Origin: Eledone cirrhosa | Lineage: Eukaryota | DNA length: 64,000 bases | Direction of reading: 5' to 3' | Assembly: GCA_964016885.1 (NCBI GenBank) | Contig: OZ024762.1 | Span: 30,380,001-30,444,000 of the forward strand | Shown: in pieces, positions 13,676-28,063 of the stretch | Layout: every line of letters starts with the position of its first letter | Position numbering within the stretch: the first letter of the stretch is position 1 | Notes under the pieces: model-generated | Told to the model about the DNA's origin: nothing | Seen by the model: the letters and a program-made list of their open reading frames with translations, nothing else | The model's database searches: none | Program-made: the position numbers and the translations under genes

Positions 13676-16600
13676 CTGTCAGAAGTAACTCCATTGTTGG
13701 TGAGAATTCATTTAAGTCATGGTACTAGCTGTCAGAAGTAACTCCACTGTTGGTGAGAATTCATTTAAGTTCATGGTACTAGCTGTCAGAAGTAACTCCA
13801 CTGTTGGTGAGAATTCATTTAAGTTCATGGTACTAGCTGTCAGAAGTAACTCCACTGTTGGTGAGAATTCATTTAAGTTCATGGTACTAGCTGTCAGAAG
13901 TAACTCCACTGTTGGTGAGAATTCATTTAAGTTCATGGTATTAGCTGTCAGAAGTAACTCCACTGTTGGTGAGAATTCATTTAAGTTCATGGTACTAGCT
14001 GTCAGAAGTAACTCCACTGTTGGTGAGAATTCATTTAAGTTCATGGTATTAGCTGTCAGAAGTAACTCCACTGTTGGTGAGAATTCATTTAAGTTCATGG
14101 TACTAGCTGTCAGAAGTAACCCCAATGTTGGTGAGAATTCATTTAAGTTCATGGTATTAGCTGTCAGAAGTCACTCCAATGTTGGTGAGAATTCATTTAA
14201 GTTCATGGTATTAGCTGTCAGAAGTCACTCCACTGTTGGTGAGAATTCATTTAAGTTCATGGTACTAGCTGTCAGAAGTAACCCCAATGTTGGTGAGAAT
14301 TCATTTAAGTTCATGGTATTAGCTGTCAGAAGTCACTCCAATGTTGGTGAGAATTCATTTAAGTTCATGGTATTAGCTGTCAGAAGTAACTCCACTGTTG
14401 GTGAGAATTCATTTAAGTTCATGGTATTAGCTGTCAGTAGTAACTCCACTGTTGGTGAGAATTCATTTAAGTTCATGGTATTAGCTGTCAGAAGTAACTC
14501 CACTGTTGGTGAGAATTCATTTAAGTTCATGGTATTAGCTGTCAGAAGTAACTCCACTGTTGGTGAGAATTCATTTAAGTTCATGGTATTAGCTGTCAGA
14601 AGTAACTCCAATGTTGGTAAGAATTCATTTAAGTTCATGGTATTAGCTGTCAGAAGGAACGCCACTGTTGGTGAGAATTCATTTAAGTCATGGTATTAGC
14701 TGTCAGAAGTAACTCCATTGTTGGTGAGAATTCATTTAAGTCATGGTACTAGCTGTAAGAAGTAACTCCACTGTTGGTGAGAATTCATTTAAGTTCATGG
14801 TATTAGCTGTCAGAAGGAACTCCACTGTTGGTGAGAATTCATTTAAGTTCATGGTATTAGCTGTCAGAAGTAACTCCACTGTTGGTGAGAATTCATTTAA
14901 GTTCATGGTACTAGCTGTCAGAAGTAACTCCACTGTTGGTGAGAATTCATTTAAGTTCATGGTACTAGCTGTCAGAAGTAACTCCAATGTTGGTGAGAAT
15001 TCATTTAAGTTCATGGTATTAGCTGTCAGAAGGAACTCCACTGTTGGTGAGAATTCATTTAAGTTCATGGTATTAGCTGTCAGAAGTAACTCCACTGTTG
15101 GTGAGAATTCATTTAAGTTCATGGTATTAGCTGTCAGAAGTAACTCCACTGTTGGTGAGAATTCATTTAAATTCATGGTATTAGCTGTCAGAAGTAACTC
15201 CACTGTTGGTGAGAATTCATTTAAGTCATGGTATTAGCTGTCAGAAGTAACTCCATTGTTGGTGAGAATTCATTTAAATCATGGTACTAGCTGTCAGAAG
15301 TAACTCCACTGTTGGTGAGAATTCATTTAAGTTCATGGTATTAGCTGTCAGAAGTAACTCCACTGTTGGTGAGAATTCATTTAAGTCATGGTATTAGCTG
15401 TCAGAAGTAACTCCATTGTTGGTGAGAATTCATTTAAATCATGGTACTAGCTGTCAGAAGTAACTCCACTGTTGGTGAGAATTCATTTAAGTTCATGGTA
15501 TTAGCTGTCAGAAGGAACTCCACTGTTGGTGAGAATTCATTTAAGTTCATGGTATTAGCTGTCAGAAGTAACTCCACTGTTGGTGAGAATTCATTTAAGT
15601 TCATGGTACTAGCTGTCAGAAGTAACTCCACTGTTGGTGAGAATTCATTTAAGTTCATGGTACTAGCTGTCAGAAGGAACTCCACTGTTGGTGAGAATTC
15701 ATTTAAGTTCATGGTATTAGCTGTCAGAAGTAACTCCAATGTTGGTGAGAATTCATTTAAGTCTTGGTATTAGCTGTCAGAAGTAACTCCACTGTTGGTG
15801 AGAATTCATTTAAGTTCATGGTACTAGCTGTCAGAAGTAACCCCAATGTTGGTGAGAATTCATTTAAGTTCATGGTATTAGCTGTCAGAAGTCACTCCAA
15901 TGTTGGTGAGAATTCATTTAAGTTCATGGTATTAGCTGTCAGAAGTCACTCCAATGTTGGTGAGAATTCATTTAAGTTCATGGTACTAGCTGTCAGAAGG
16001 AACTCCACTGTTGGTGAGAATTCATTTAAGTTCATGGTATTAGCTGTCAGAAGTAACTCCAATGTTGGTGAGAATTCATTTAAGTCATGGTACTAGCTGT
16101 CAGAAGTAACTCCACTGTTGGTGAGAATTCATTTAAGTTCATGGTATTAGCTGTCAGAAGGAACTCCACTGTTGGAGAGAATTCATTTAAGTTCATGGTA
16201 TTAGCTGTCAGAAGTAACTCCACTGTTGGTGAGAATTCATTTAAGTTCATGGTACTAGCTGTCAGAAGTAACTCCAATGTTGGTGAGAATTCATTTAAGT
16301 TCATGGTATTAGCTGTCAGAAGGAACTCCACTGTTGGTGAGAATTCATTTAAGTTCATGGTATTAGCTGTCAGAAGTAACTCCACTGTTGGTGAGAATTC
16401 ATTTAAGTTCATGGTATTAGCTGTCAGAAGTAACTCCACTGTTGGTGAGAATTCATTTAAATTCATGGTATTAGCTGTCAGAAGTAACTCCACTGTTGGT
16501 GAGAATTCATTTAAGTCATGGTATTAGCTGTCAGAAGTAACTCCATTGTTGGTGAGAATTCATTTAAATCATGGTATTAGCTGTCAGAAGTAACTCCACT

Positions 16601-19528
16601 GTTGGTGAGAATTCATTTAAGTCATGGTATTAGCTGTCAGAAGTAACTCCATTGTTGGTGAGAATTCATTTAAGTCATGGTACTAGCTGTCAGAAGTAAC
16701 TCCACTGTTGGTGAGAATTCATTTAAGTTCATGGTACTAGCTGTCAGAAGTAACTCCACTGTTGGTGAGAATTCATTTAAGTTCATGGTACTAGCTGTCA
16801 GAAGTAACTCCACTGTTGGTGAGAATTCATTTAAGTTCATGGTACTAGCTGTCAGAAGTAACTCCACTGTTGGTGAGAATTCATTTAAGTTCATGGTATT
16901 AGCTGTCAGAAGTAACTCCACTGTTGGTGAGAATTCATTTAAGTTCATGGTACTAGCTGTCAGAAGTAACTCCACTGTTGGTGAGAATTCATTTAAGTTC
17001 ATGGTATTAGCTGTCAGAAGTAACTCCACTGTTGGTGAGAATTCATTTAAGTTCATGGTACTAGCTGTCAGAAGTAACCCCAATGTTGGTGAGAATTCAT
17101 TTAAGTTCATGGTATTAGCTGTCAGAAGTCACTCCAATGTTGGTGAGAATTCATTTAAGTTCATGGTATTAGCTGTCAGAAGTCACTCCACTGTTGGTGA
17201 GAATTCATTTAAGTTCATGGTACTAGCTGTCAGAAGTAACCCCAATGTTGGTGAGAATTCATTTAAGTTCATGGTATTAGCTGTCAGAAGTCACTCCAAT
17301 GTTGGTGAGAATTCATTTAAGTTCATGGTATTAGCTGTCAGAAGTAACTCCACTGTTGGTGAGAATTCATTTAAGTTCATGGTATTAGCTGTCAGTAGTA
17401 ACTCCACTGTTGGTGAGAATTCATTTAAGTTCATGGTATTAGCTGTCAGAAGTAACTCCACTGTTGGTGAGAATTCATTTAAGTTCATGGTATTAGCTGT
17501 CAGAAGTAACTCCACTGTTGGTGAGAATTCATTTAAGTTCATGGTATTAGCTGTCAGAAGTAACTCCAATGTTGGTAAGAATTCATTTAAGTTCATGGTA
17601 TTAGCTGTCAGAAGGAACGCCACTGTTGGTGAGAATTCATTTAAGTCATGGTATTAGCTGTCAGAAGTAACTCCATTGTTGGTGAGAATTCATTTAAGTC
17701 ATGGTACTAGCTGTAAGAAGTAACTCCACTGTTGGTGAGAATTCATTTAAGTTCATGGTATTAGCTGTCAGAAGGAACTCCACTGTTGGTGAGAATTCAT
17801 TTAAGTTCATGGTATTAGCTGTCAGAAGTAACTCCACTGTTGGTGAGAATTCATTTAAGTTCATGGTACTAGCTGTCAGAAGTAACTCCACTGTTGGTGA
17901 GAATTCATTTAAGTTCATGGTACTAGCTGTCAGAAGTAACTCCAATGTTGGTGAGAATTCATTTAAGTTCATGGTATTAGCTGTCAGAAGGAACTCCACT
18001 GTTGGTGAGAATTCATTTAAGTTCATGGTATTAGCTGTCAGAAGTAACTCCACTGTTGGTGAGAATTCATTTAAGTTCATGGTATTAGCTGTCAGAAGTA
18101 ACTCCACTGTTGGTGAGAATTCATTTAAATTCATGGTATTAGCTGTCAGAAGTAACTCCACTGTTGGTGAGAATTCATTTAAGTCATGGTATTAGCTGTC
18201 AGAAGTAACTCCATTGTTGGTGAGAATTCATTTAAATCATGGTACTAGCTGTCAGAAGTAACTCCACTGTTGGTGAGAATTCATTTAAGTTCATGGTATT
18301 AGCTGTCAGAAGTAACTCCACTGTTGGTGAGAATTCATTTAAGTCATGGTATTAGCTGTCAGAAGTAACTCCATTGTTGGTGAGAATTCATTTAAATCAT
18401 GGTACTAGCTGTCAGAAGTAACTCCACTGTTGGTGAGAATTCATTTAAGTTCATGGTATTAGCTGTCAGAAGGAACTCCACTGTTGGTGAGAATTCATTT
18501 AAGTTCATGGTATTAGCTGTCAGAAGTAACTCCACTGTTGGTGAGAATTCATTTAAGTTCATGGTACTAGCTGTCAGAAGTAACTCCACTGTTGGTGAGA
18601 ATTCATTTAAGTTCATGGTACTAGCTGTCAGAAGGAACTCCACTGTTGGTGAGAATTCATTTAAGTTCATGGTATTAGCTGTCAGAAGTAACTCCAATGT
18701 TGGTGAGAATTCATTTAAGTCTTGGTATTAGCTGTCAGAAGTAACTCCACTGTTGGTGAGAATTCATTTAAGTTCATGGTACTAGCTGTCAGAAGTAACC
18801 CCAATGTTGGTGAGAATTCATTTAAGTTCATGGTATTAGCTGTCAGAAGTCACTCCAATGTTGGTGAGAATTCATTTAAGTTCATGGTATTAGCTGTCAG
18901 AAGTCACTCCAATGTTGGTGAGAATTCATTTAAGTTCATGGTACTAGCTGTCAGAAGGAACTCCACTGTTGGTGAGAATTCATTTAAGTTCATGGTATTA
19001 GCTGTCAGAAGTAACTCCAATGTTGGTGAGAATTCATTTAAGTCATGGTACTAGCTGTCAGAAGTAACTCCACTGTTGGTGAGAATTCATTTAAGTTCAT
19101 GGTATTAGCTGTCAGAAGGAACTCCACTGTTGGAGAGAATTCATTTAAGTTCATGGTATTAGCTGTCAGAAGTAACTCCACTGTTGGTGAGAATTCATTT
19201 AAGTTCATGGTACTAGCTGTCAGAAGTAACTCCAATGTTGGTGAGAATTCATTTAAGTTCATGGTATTAGCTGTCAGAAGGAACTCCACTGTTGGTGAGA
19301 ATTCATTTAAGTTCATGGTATTAGCTGTCAGAAGTAACTCCACTGTTGGTGAGAATTCATTTAAGTTCATGGTATTAGCTGTCAGAAGTAACTCCACTGT
19401 TGGTGAGAATTCATTTAAATTCATGGTATTAGCTGTCAGAAGTAACTCCACTGTTGGTGAGAATTCATTTAAGTCATGGTATTAGCTGTCAGAAGTAACT
19501 CCATTGTTGGTGAGAATTCATTTAAATC
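13613..19528. repeat. Tandem duplication of a 2,958-bp unit (55 monomers): 13613-16570 and 16571-19528
   Basis: Constant 2958 offset for ORFs 13719/16677, 14743/17701, 15441/18399, 15764/18722, 16087/19045, and for rare SNVs GTCAGT (14438/17396) and GGAGAG (16176/19134). GGTAAG and GCTGTAAG are also shared. 2958 = 55x54 - 12. Confidence 0.93.
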
Positions 19529-22500
19529 ATGGTACTAGCTGTCAGAAGTAACTCCACTGTTGGTGAGAATTCATTTAAGTTCATGGTATTAGCTGTCAGA
19601 AGTAACTCCACTGTTGGTGAGAATTCATTTAAGTCATGGTATTAGCTGTCAGAAGTAACTCCATTGTTGGTGAGAATTCATTTAAATCATGGTACTAGCT
19701 GTCAGAAGTAACTCCACTGTTGGTGAGAATTCATTTAAGTTCATGGTATTAGCTGTCAGAAGGAACTCCACTGTTGGTGAGAATTCATTTAAGTTCATGG
19801 TATTAGCTGTCAGAAGTAACTCCACTGTTGGTGAGAATTCATTTAAGTTCATGGTACTAGCTGTCAGAAGTAACTCCACTGTTGGTGAGAATTCATTTAA
19901 GTTCATGGTACTAGCTGTCAGAAGGAACTCCACTGTTGGTGAGAATTCATTTAAGTTCATGGTATTAGCTGTCAGAAGTAACTCCAATGTTGGTGAGAAT
20001 TCATTTAAGTCTTGGTATTAGCTGTCAGAAGTAACTCCACTGTTGGTGAGAATTCATTTAAGTTCATGGTACTAGCTGTCAGAAGTAACCCCAATGTTGG
20101 TGAGAATTCATTTAAGTTCATGGTATTAGCTGTCAGAAGTCACTCCAATGTTGGTGAGAATTCATTTAAGTTCATGGTATTAGCTGTCAGAAGTCACTCC
20201 ACTGTTGGTGAGAATTCATTTAAGTTCATGGTACTAGCTGTCAGAAGTAACCCCAATGTTGGTGAGAATTCATTTAAGTTCATGGTATAAGCTGTCAGAA
20301 GTCACTCCAATGTTGGTGAGAATTCATTTAAGTTCATGGTATTAGCTGTCAGAAGTAACTCCACTGTTGGTGAGAATTCATTTAAGTTCATGGTATTAGC
20401 TGTCAGAAGTAACTCCACTGTTGGTGAGAATTCATTTAAGTTCATGGTATTAGCTGTCAGAAGTAACTCCACTGTTGGTGGGAATTCATTTAAATTCATG
20501 GTATTAGCTGTCAGAAGTAACTCCACTGTTGGTGAGAATTCATTTAAGTTCATGGTATTAGCTGTCAGAAGGAACGCCACTGTTGGTGAGAATTCATTTA
20601 AGTCATGGTATTAGCTGTCAGAAGTAACTCCATTGTTGGTGAGAATTCATTTAAGTCATGGTACTAGCTGTCAGAAGTAACTCCACTGTTGGTGAGAATT
20701 CATTTAAGTTCATGGTATTAGCTGTCAGAAGGAACTCCACTGTTGGTGAGAATTCATTTAAGTTCATGGTATTAGCTGTCAGAAGTAACTCCACTGTTGG
20801 TGAGAATTCATTTAAGTTCATGGTACTAGCTGTCAGAAGTAACTCCAATGTTGGTGAGAATTCATTTAAGTTCATGGTATTAGCTGTCAGAAGTAACTCC
20901 ACTGTTGGTGAGAATTCATTTAAGTTCATGGTATTAGCTGTCAGAAGTAACTCCAATGTTGGTGATAATTCATTTAAGTCTTGGTACTAGCTGTCAGAAG
21001 TAACTCCACTGTTGGTGAGAATTCATTTAAGTTCATGGTGGTATTAGCTGTCAGAAGGAACTCCACTGTTGGTGAGAATTCATTTAAGTTCATGGTATTA
21101 GCTGTCAGAAGTAACTCCACTGTTGGTGAGAATTCATTTAAGTTCATGGTACTAGCTGTCAGAAGTAACTCCACTGTTTGTGAGAATTCATTTAAGTTCA
21201 TGGTACTAGCTGTCAGAAGGAACTCCACTGTTGGTGAGAATTCATTTAAGTTCATGGTATTAGCTGTCAGAAGTAACTCCAATGTTGGTGAGAATTCATT
21301 TAAGTCTTGGTATTAGCTGTCAGAAGTAACTCCACTGTTGGTGAGAATTCATTTAAGTTCATGGTACTAGCTGTCAGAAGTAACCCCAATGTTGGTGAGA
21401 ATTCATTTAAGTTCATGGTATTAGCTGTCCGAAGTCACTCCAATGTTGGTGAGAATTCATTTAAGTTCATGGTATTAGCTGTCAGAAGTCACTCCACTGT
21501 TGGTGAGAATTCATTTAAGTTCATGGTACTAGCTGTCAGAAGTAACCCCAATGTTGGTGAGAATTCATTTAAGTTCATGGTATTAGCTGTCAGAAGTCAC
21601 TCCAATGTTGGTGAGAATTCATTTAAGTTCATGGTATTAGCTGTCAGAAGTAACTCCACTGTTGGTGAGAATTCATTTAAGTTCATGGTATTAGCTGTCA
21701 GAAGTAACTCCACTGTTGGTGAGAATTCATTTAAGTTCATGGTATTAGCTGTCAGAAGTAACTCCACTATTGGTGGGAATTCATTTAAATTCATGGTATT
21801 AGATGTCAGAAGTAACTCCACTGTTGGTGAGAATTCATTTAAGTTCATGGTATTAGCTGTCAGAAGGAACGCCACTGTTGGTGAGAATTCATTTAAGTCA
21901 TGGTATTAGCTGTCAGAAGTAACTCCATTGTTGGTGGGAATTCATTTAAGTCATGGTACTAGCTGTCAGAAGTAACTCCACTGTTGGTGAGAATTCATTT
22001 AAGTTCATGGTATTAGCTGTCAGAAGGAACTCCACTGTTGGTGAGAATTCATTTAAGTTCATGGTATTAGCTGTCAGAAGTAACTCCACTGTTGGTGAGA
22101 ATTCATTTAAGTTCATGGTACTAGCTGTCAGAAGTAACTCCACTGTTGGTGAGAATTCATTTAAGTTCATGGTACTAGCTGTCAGAAGGAACTCCACTGT
22201 TGGTGAGAATTCATTTAAGTTCATGGTATTAGCTGTCAGAAGTAACTCCAATGTTGGTGATAATTCATTTAAGTCTTGGTACTAGCTGTCAGAAGTAACT
22301 CCACTGTTGGTGAGAATTCATTTAAGTTCATGGTATTAGCTGTCAGAAGGAACTCCACTGTTGGTGAGAATTCATTTAAGTTCATGGTATTAGCTGTCAG
22401 AAGTAACTCCACTGTTGGTGAGAATTCATTTAAGTTCATGGTACTAGCTGTCAGAAGTAACTCCACTGTTGGTGAGAATTCATTTAAGTTCATGGTATTA

Positions 22501-25500
22501 GCTGTCAGAAGTAACTCCACTGTTGGTGAGAATTCATTTAAGTTCATGGTATTAGCTGTCAGAAGTAACTCCACTGTTGGTGAGAATTCATTTAAGTTCA
22601 TGGTACTAGCTGTCAGAAGTAACTCCACTGTTGGTGAGAATTCATTTAAGTTCATGGTACTAGCTGTCAGAAGGAACTCCACTGTTGGTGAGAATTCATT
22701 TAAGTTCATGGTATTAGCTGTCAGAAGTAACTCCAATGTTGGTGAGAATTCATTTAAGTCATGGTACTAGCTGTCAGAAGTAACTCCACTGTTGGTGAGA
22801 ATTCATTTAAGTTCATGGTATTAGCTGTCAGAAGGAACTCCACTGTTGGTGAGAATTCATTTAAGTTCATGGTATTAGCTGTCAGAAGTAACTCCACTGT
22901 TGGTGAGAATTCATTTAAGTTCATGGTACTAGCTGTCAGAAGTAACTCCAATGTTGGTGAGAATTCATTTAAGTTCATGGTATTAGCTGTCAGAAGGAAC
23001 TCCACTGTTGGTGAGAATTCATTTAAGTTCATGGTATTAGCTGTCAGAAGTAACTCCACTGTTGGTGAGAATTCATTTAAGTTCATGGTATTAGCTGTCA
23101 GAAGTAACTCCACTGTTGGTGAGAATTCATTTAAATTCATGGTATTAGCTGTCAGAAGTAACTCCACTGTTGGTGAGAATTCATTTAAGTCATGGTATTA
23201 GCTGTCAGAAGTAACTCCACTGTTGGTGAGAATTCATTTAAGTTCATGGTATTAGCTGTCAGAAGGAACTCCACTGTTGGAGAGAATTCATTTAAGTTCA
23301 TGGTATTAGCTGTCAGAAGTAACTCCACTGTTGGTGAGAATTCATTTAAGTTCATGGTACTAGCTGTCAGAAGTAACTCCAATGTTGGTGAGAATTCATT
23401 TAAGTTCATGGTATTAGCTGTCAGAAGGAACTCCACTGTTGGTGAGAATTCATTTAAGTTCATGGTATTAGCTGTCAGAAGTAACTCCACTGTTGGTGAG
23501 AATTCATTTAAGTTCATGGTATTAGCTGTCAGAAGTAACTCCACTGTTGGTGAGAATTCATTTAAATTCATGGTATTAGCTGTCAGAAGTAACTCCACTG
23601 TTGGTGAGAATTCATTTAAGTCATGGTATTAGCTGTCAGAAGTAACTCCATTGTTGGTGAGAATTCATTTAAATCATGGTACTAGCTGTCAGAAGTAACT
23701 CCACTGTTGGTGAGAATTCATTTAAGTTCATGGTATTAGCTGTCAGAAGTAACTCCACTGTTGGTGAGAATTCATTTAAGTCATGGTATTAGCTGTCAGA
23801 AGTAACTCCATTGTTGGTGAGAATTCATTTAAATCATGGTACTAGCTGTCAGAAGTAACTCCACTGTTGGTGAGAATTCATTTAAGTTCATGGTATTAGC
23901 TGTCAGAAGGAACTCCACTGTTGGTGAGAATTCATTTAAGTTCATGGTATTAGCTGTCAGAAGTAACTCCACTGTTGGTGAGAATTCATTTAAGTTCATG
24001 GTATTAGCTGTCAGAAGTAACTCCACTGTTGGTGAGAATTCATTTAAGTTCATGGTACTAGCTGTCAGAAGTAACTCCAATGTTGGTGAGAATTCATTTA
24101 AGTTCATGGTATTAGCTGTCAGAAGGAACTCCACTGTTGGTGAGAATTCATTTAAGTTCATGGTATTAGCTGTCAGAAGTAACTCCACTGTTGGTGAGAA
24201 TTCATTTAAGTTCATGGTATTAGCTGTCAGAAGTAACTCCACTGTTGGTGAGAATTCATTTAAATTCATGGTATTAGCTGTCAGAAGTAACTCCACTGTT
24301 GGTGAGAATTCATTTAAGTCATGGTATTAGCTGTCAGAAGTAACTCCATTGTTGGTGAGAATTCATTTAAATCATGGTACTAGCTGTCAGAAGTAACTCC
24401 ACTGTTGGTGAGAATTCATTTAAGTTCATGGTATTAGCTGTCAGAAGTAACTCCACTGTTGGTGAGAATTCATTTAAGTCATGGTATTAGCTGTCAGAAG
24501 TAACTCCATTGTTGGTGAGAATTCATTTAAATCATGGTACTAGCTGTCAGAAGTAACTCCACTGTTGGTGAGAATTCATTTAAGTTCATGGTATTAGCTG
24601 TCAGAAGGAACTCCACTGTTGGTGAGAATTCATTTAAGTTCATGGTATTAGCTGTCAGAAGTAACTCCACTGTTGGTGAGAATTCATTTAAGTTCATGGT
24701 ACTAGCTGTCAGAAGTAACTCCACTGTTGGTGAGAATTCATTTAAGTTCATGGTACTAGCTGTCAGAAGGAACTCCACTGTTGGTGAGAATTCATTTAAG
24801 TTCATGGTATTAGCTGTCAGAAGTAACTCCAATGTTGGTGAGAATTCATTTAAGTCTTGGTATTAGCTGTCAGAAGTAACTCCACTGTTGGTGAGAATTC
24901 ATTTAAGTTCATGGTACTAGCTGTCAGAAGTAACCCCAATGTTGGTGAGAATTCATTTAAGTTCATGGTATTAGCTGTCAGAAGTCACTCCAATGTTGGT
25001 GAGAATTCATTTAAGTTCATGGTATTAGCTGTCAGAAGTCACTCCACTGTTGGTGAGAATTCATTTAAGTTCATGGTACTAGCTGTCAGAAGTAACCCCA
25101 ATGTTGGTGAGAATTCATTTAAGTTCATGGTATTAGCTGTCAGAAGTCACTCCAATGTTGGTGAGAATTCATTTAAGTTCATGGTATTAGCTGTCAGAAG
25201 TAACTCCACTGTTGGTGAGAATTCATTTAAGTTCATGGTATTAGCTGTTAGAAGTAACTCCACTGTTGGTGAGAATTCATTTAAGTTCATGGTATTAGCT
25301 GTCAGAAGTAACTCCACTGTTGGTGGGAATTCATTTAAATTCATGGTATTAGCTGTCAGAAGTAACTCCACTGTTGGTGAGAATTCATTTAAGTTCATGG
25401 TATTAGCTGTCAGAAGGAACGCCACTGTTGGTGAGAATTCATTTAAGTCATGGTATTAGCTGTCAGAAGTAACTCCATTGTTGGTGAGAATTCATTTAAG

Positions 25501-28063
25501 TCATGGTACTAGCTGTCAGAAGTAACTCCACTGTTGGTGAGAATTCATTTAAGTTCATGGTATTAGCTGTCAGAAGGAACTCCACTGTTGGTGAGAATTC
25601 ATTTAAGTTCATGGTATTAGCTGTCAGAAGTAACTCCACTGTTGGTGAGAATTCATTTAAGTTCATGGTACTAGCTGTCAGAAGTAACTCCAATGTTGGT
25701 GAGAATTCATTTAAGTTCATGGTATTAGCTGTCAGAAGTAACTCCACTGTTGGTGAGAATTCATTTAAGTTCATGGTATTAGCTGTCAGAAGTAACTCCA
25801 ATGTTGGTGATAATTCATTTAAGTCTTGGTACTAGCTGTCAGAAGTAACTCCACTGTTGGTGAGAATTCATTTAAGTTCATGGTGGTATTAGCTGTCAGA
25901 AGGAACTCCACTGTTGGTGAGAATTCATTTAAGTTCATGGTATTAGCTGTCAGAAGTAACTCCACTGTTGGTGAGAATTCATTTAAGTTCATGGTACTAG
26001 CTGTCAGAAGTAACTCCACTGTTTGTGAGAATTCATTTAAGTTCATGGTACTAGCTGTCAGAAGGAACTCCACTGTTGGTGAGAATTCATTTAAGTTCAT
26101 GGTATTAGCTGTCAGAAGTAACTCCAATGTTGGTGAGAATTCATTTAAGTCTTGGTATTAGCTGTCAGAAGTAACTCCACTGTTGGTGAGAATTCATTTA
26201 AGTTCATGGTACTAGCTGTCAGAAGTAACCCCAATGTTGGTGAGAATTCATTTAAGTTCATGGTATTAGCTGTCCGAAGTCACTCCAATGTTGGTGAGAA
26301 TTCATTTAAGTTCATGGTATTAGCTGTCAGAAGTCACTCCACTGTTGGTGAGAATTCATTTAAGTTCATGGTACTAGCTGTCAGAAGTAACCCCAATGTT
26401 GGTGAGAATTCATTTAAGTTCATGGTATTAGCTGTCAGAAGTCACTCCAATGTTGGTGAGAATTCATTTAAGTTCATGGTATTAGCTGTCAGAAGTAACT
26501 CCACTGTTGGTGAGAATTCATTTAAGTTCATGGTATTAGCTGTCAGAAGTAACTCCACTGTTGGTGAGAATTCATTTAAGTTCATGGTATTAGCTGTCAG
26601 AAGTAACTCCACTATTGGTGGGAATTCATTTAAATTCATGGTATTAGATGTCAGAAGTAACTCCACTGTTGGTGAGAATTCATTTAAGTTCATGGTATTA
26701 GCTGTCAGAAGGAACGCCACTGTTGGTGAGAATTCATTTAAGTCATGGTATTAGCTGTCAGAAGTAACTCCATTGTTGGTGGGAATTCATTTAAGTCATG
26801 GTACTAGCTGTCAGAAGTAACTCCACTGTTGGTGAGAATTCATTTAAGTTCATGGTATTAGCTGTCAGAAGGAACTCCACTGTTGGTGAGAATTCATTTA
26901 AGTTCATGGTATTAGCTGTCAGAAGTAACTCCACTGTTGGTGAGAATTCATTTAAGTTCATGGTACTAGCTGTCAGAAGTAACTCCACTGTTGGTGAGAA
27001 TTCATTTAAGTTCATGGTACTAGCTGTCAGAAGGAACTCCACTGTTGGTGAGAATTCATTTAAGTTCATGGTATTAGCTGTCAGAAGTAACTCCAATGTT
27101 GGTGATAATTCATTTAAGTCTTGGTACTAGCTGTCAGAAGTAACTCCACTGTTGGTGAGAATTCATTTAAGTTCATGGTATTAGCTGTCAGAAGGAACTC
27201 CACTGTTGGTGAGAATTCATTTAAGTTCATGGTATTAGCTGTCAGAAGTAACTCCACTGTTGGTGAGAATTCATTTAAGTTCATGGTACTAGCTGTCAGA
27301 AGTAACTCCACTGTTGGTGAGAATTCATTTAAGTTCATGGTATTAGCTGTCAGAAGTAACTCCACTGTTGGTGAGAATTCATTTAAGTTCATGGTATTAG
27401 CTGTCAGAAGTAACTCCACTGTTGGTGAGAATTCATTTAAGTTCATGGTACTAGCTGTCAGAAGTAACTCCACTGTTGGTGAGAATTCATTTAAGTTCAT
27501 GGTACTAGCTGTCAGAAGGAACTCCACTGTTGGTGAGAATTCATTTAAGTTCATGGTATTAGCTGTCAGAAGTAACTCCAATGTTGGTGAGAATTCATTT
27601 AAGTCATGGTACTAGCTGTCAGAAGTAACTCCACTGTTGGTGAGAATTCATTTAAGTTCATGGTATTAGCTGTCAGAAGGAACTCCACTGTTGGTGAGAA
27701 TTCATTTAAGTTCATGGTATTAGCTGTCAGAAGTAACTCCACTGTTGGTGAGAATTCATTTAAGTTCATGGTACTAGCTGTCAGAAGTAACTCCAATGTT
27801 GGTGAGAATTCATTTAAGTTCATGGTATTAGCTGTCAGAAGGAACTCCACTGTTGGTGAGAATTCATTTAAGTTCATGGTATTAGCTGTCAGAAGTAACT
27901 CCACTGTTGGTGAGAATTCATTTAAGTTCATGGTATTAGCTGTCAGAAGTAACTCCACTGTTGGTGAGAATTCATTTAAATTCATGGTATTAGCTGTCAG
28001 AAGTAACTCCACTGTTGGTGAGAATTCATTTAAGTCATGGTATTAGCTGTCAGAAGTAACTCC
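19153..28063. repeat. Near-tandem duplication, offset 4,845 bp (about 19153-23218 vs 23998-28063), explained as a 4,147-bp unit plus a nested 698-bp duplication
   Basis: Offset 4845 for ORFs 19689/24534, 20658/25503, 20981/25826, 21307/26152, 22276/27121, 22761/27606. Shared GTG insertion (21038/25883) and GTTTGT (21179/26024). The GGAGAG marker at 19134/23281 gives 4147, and ORF ends 23632/24330 give 698. Confidence 0.9.
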
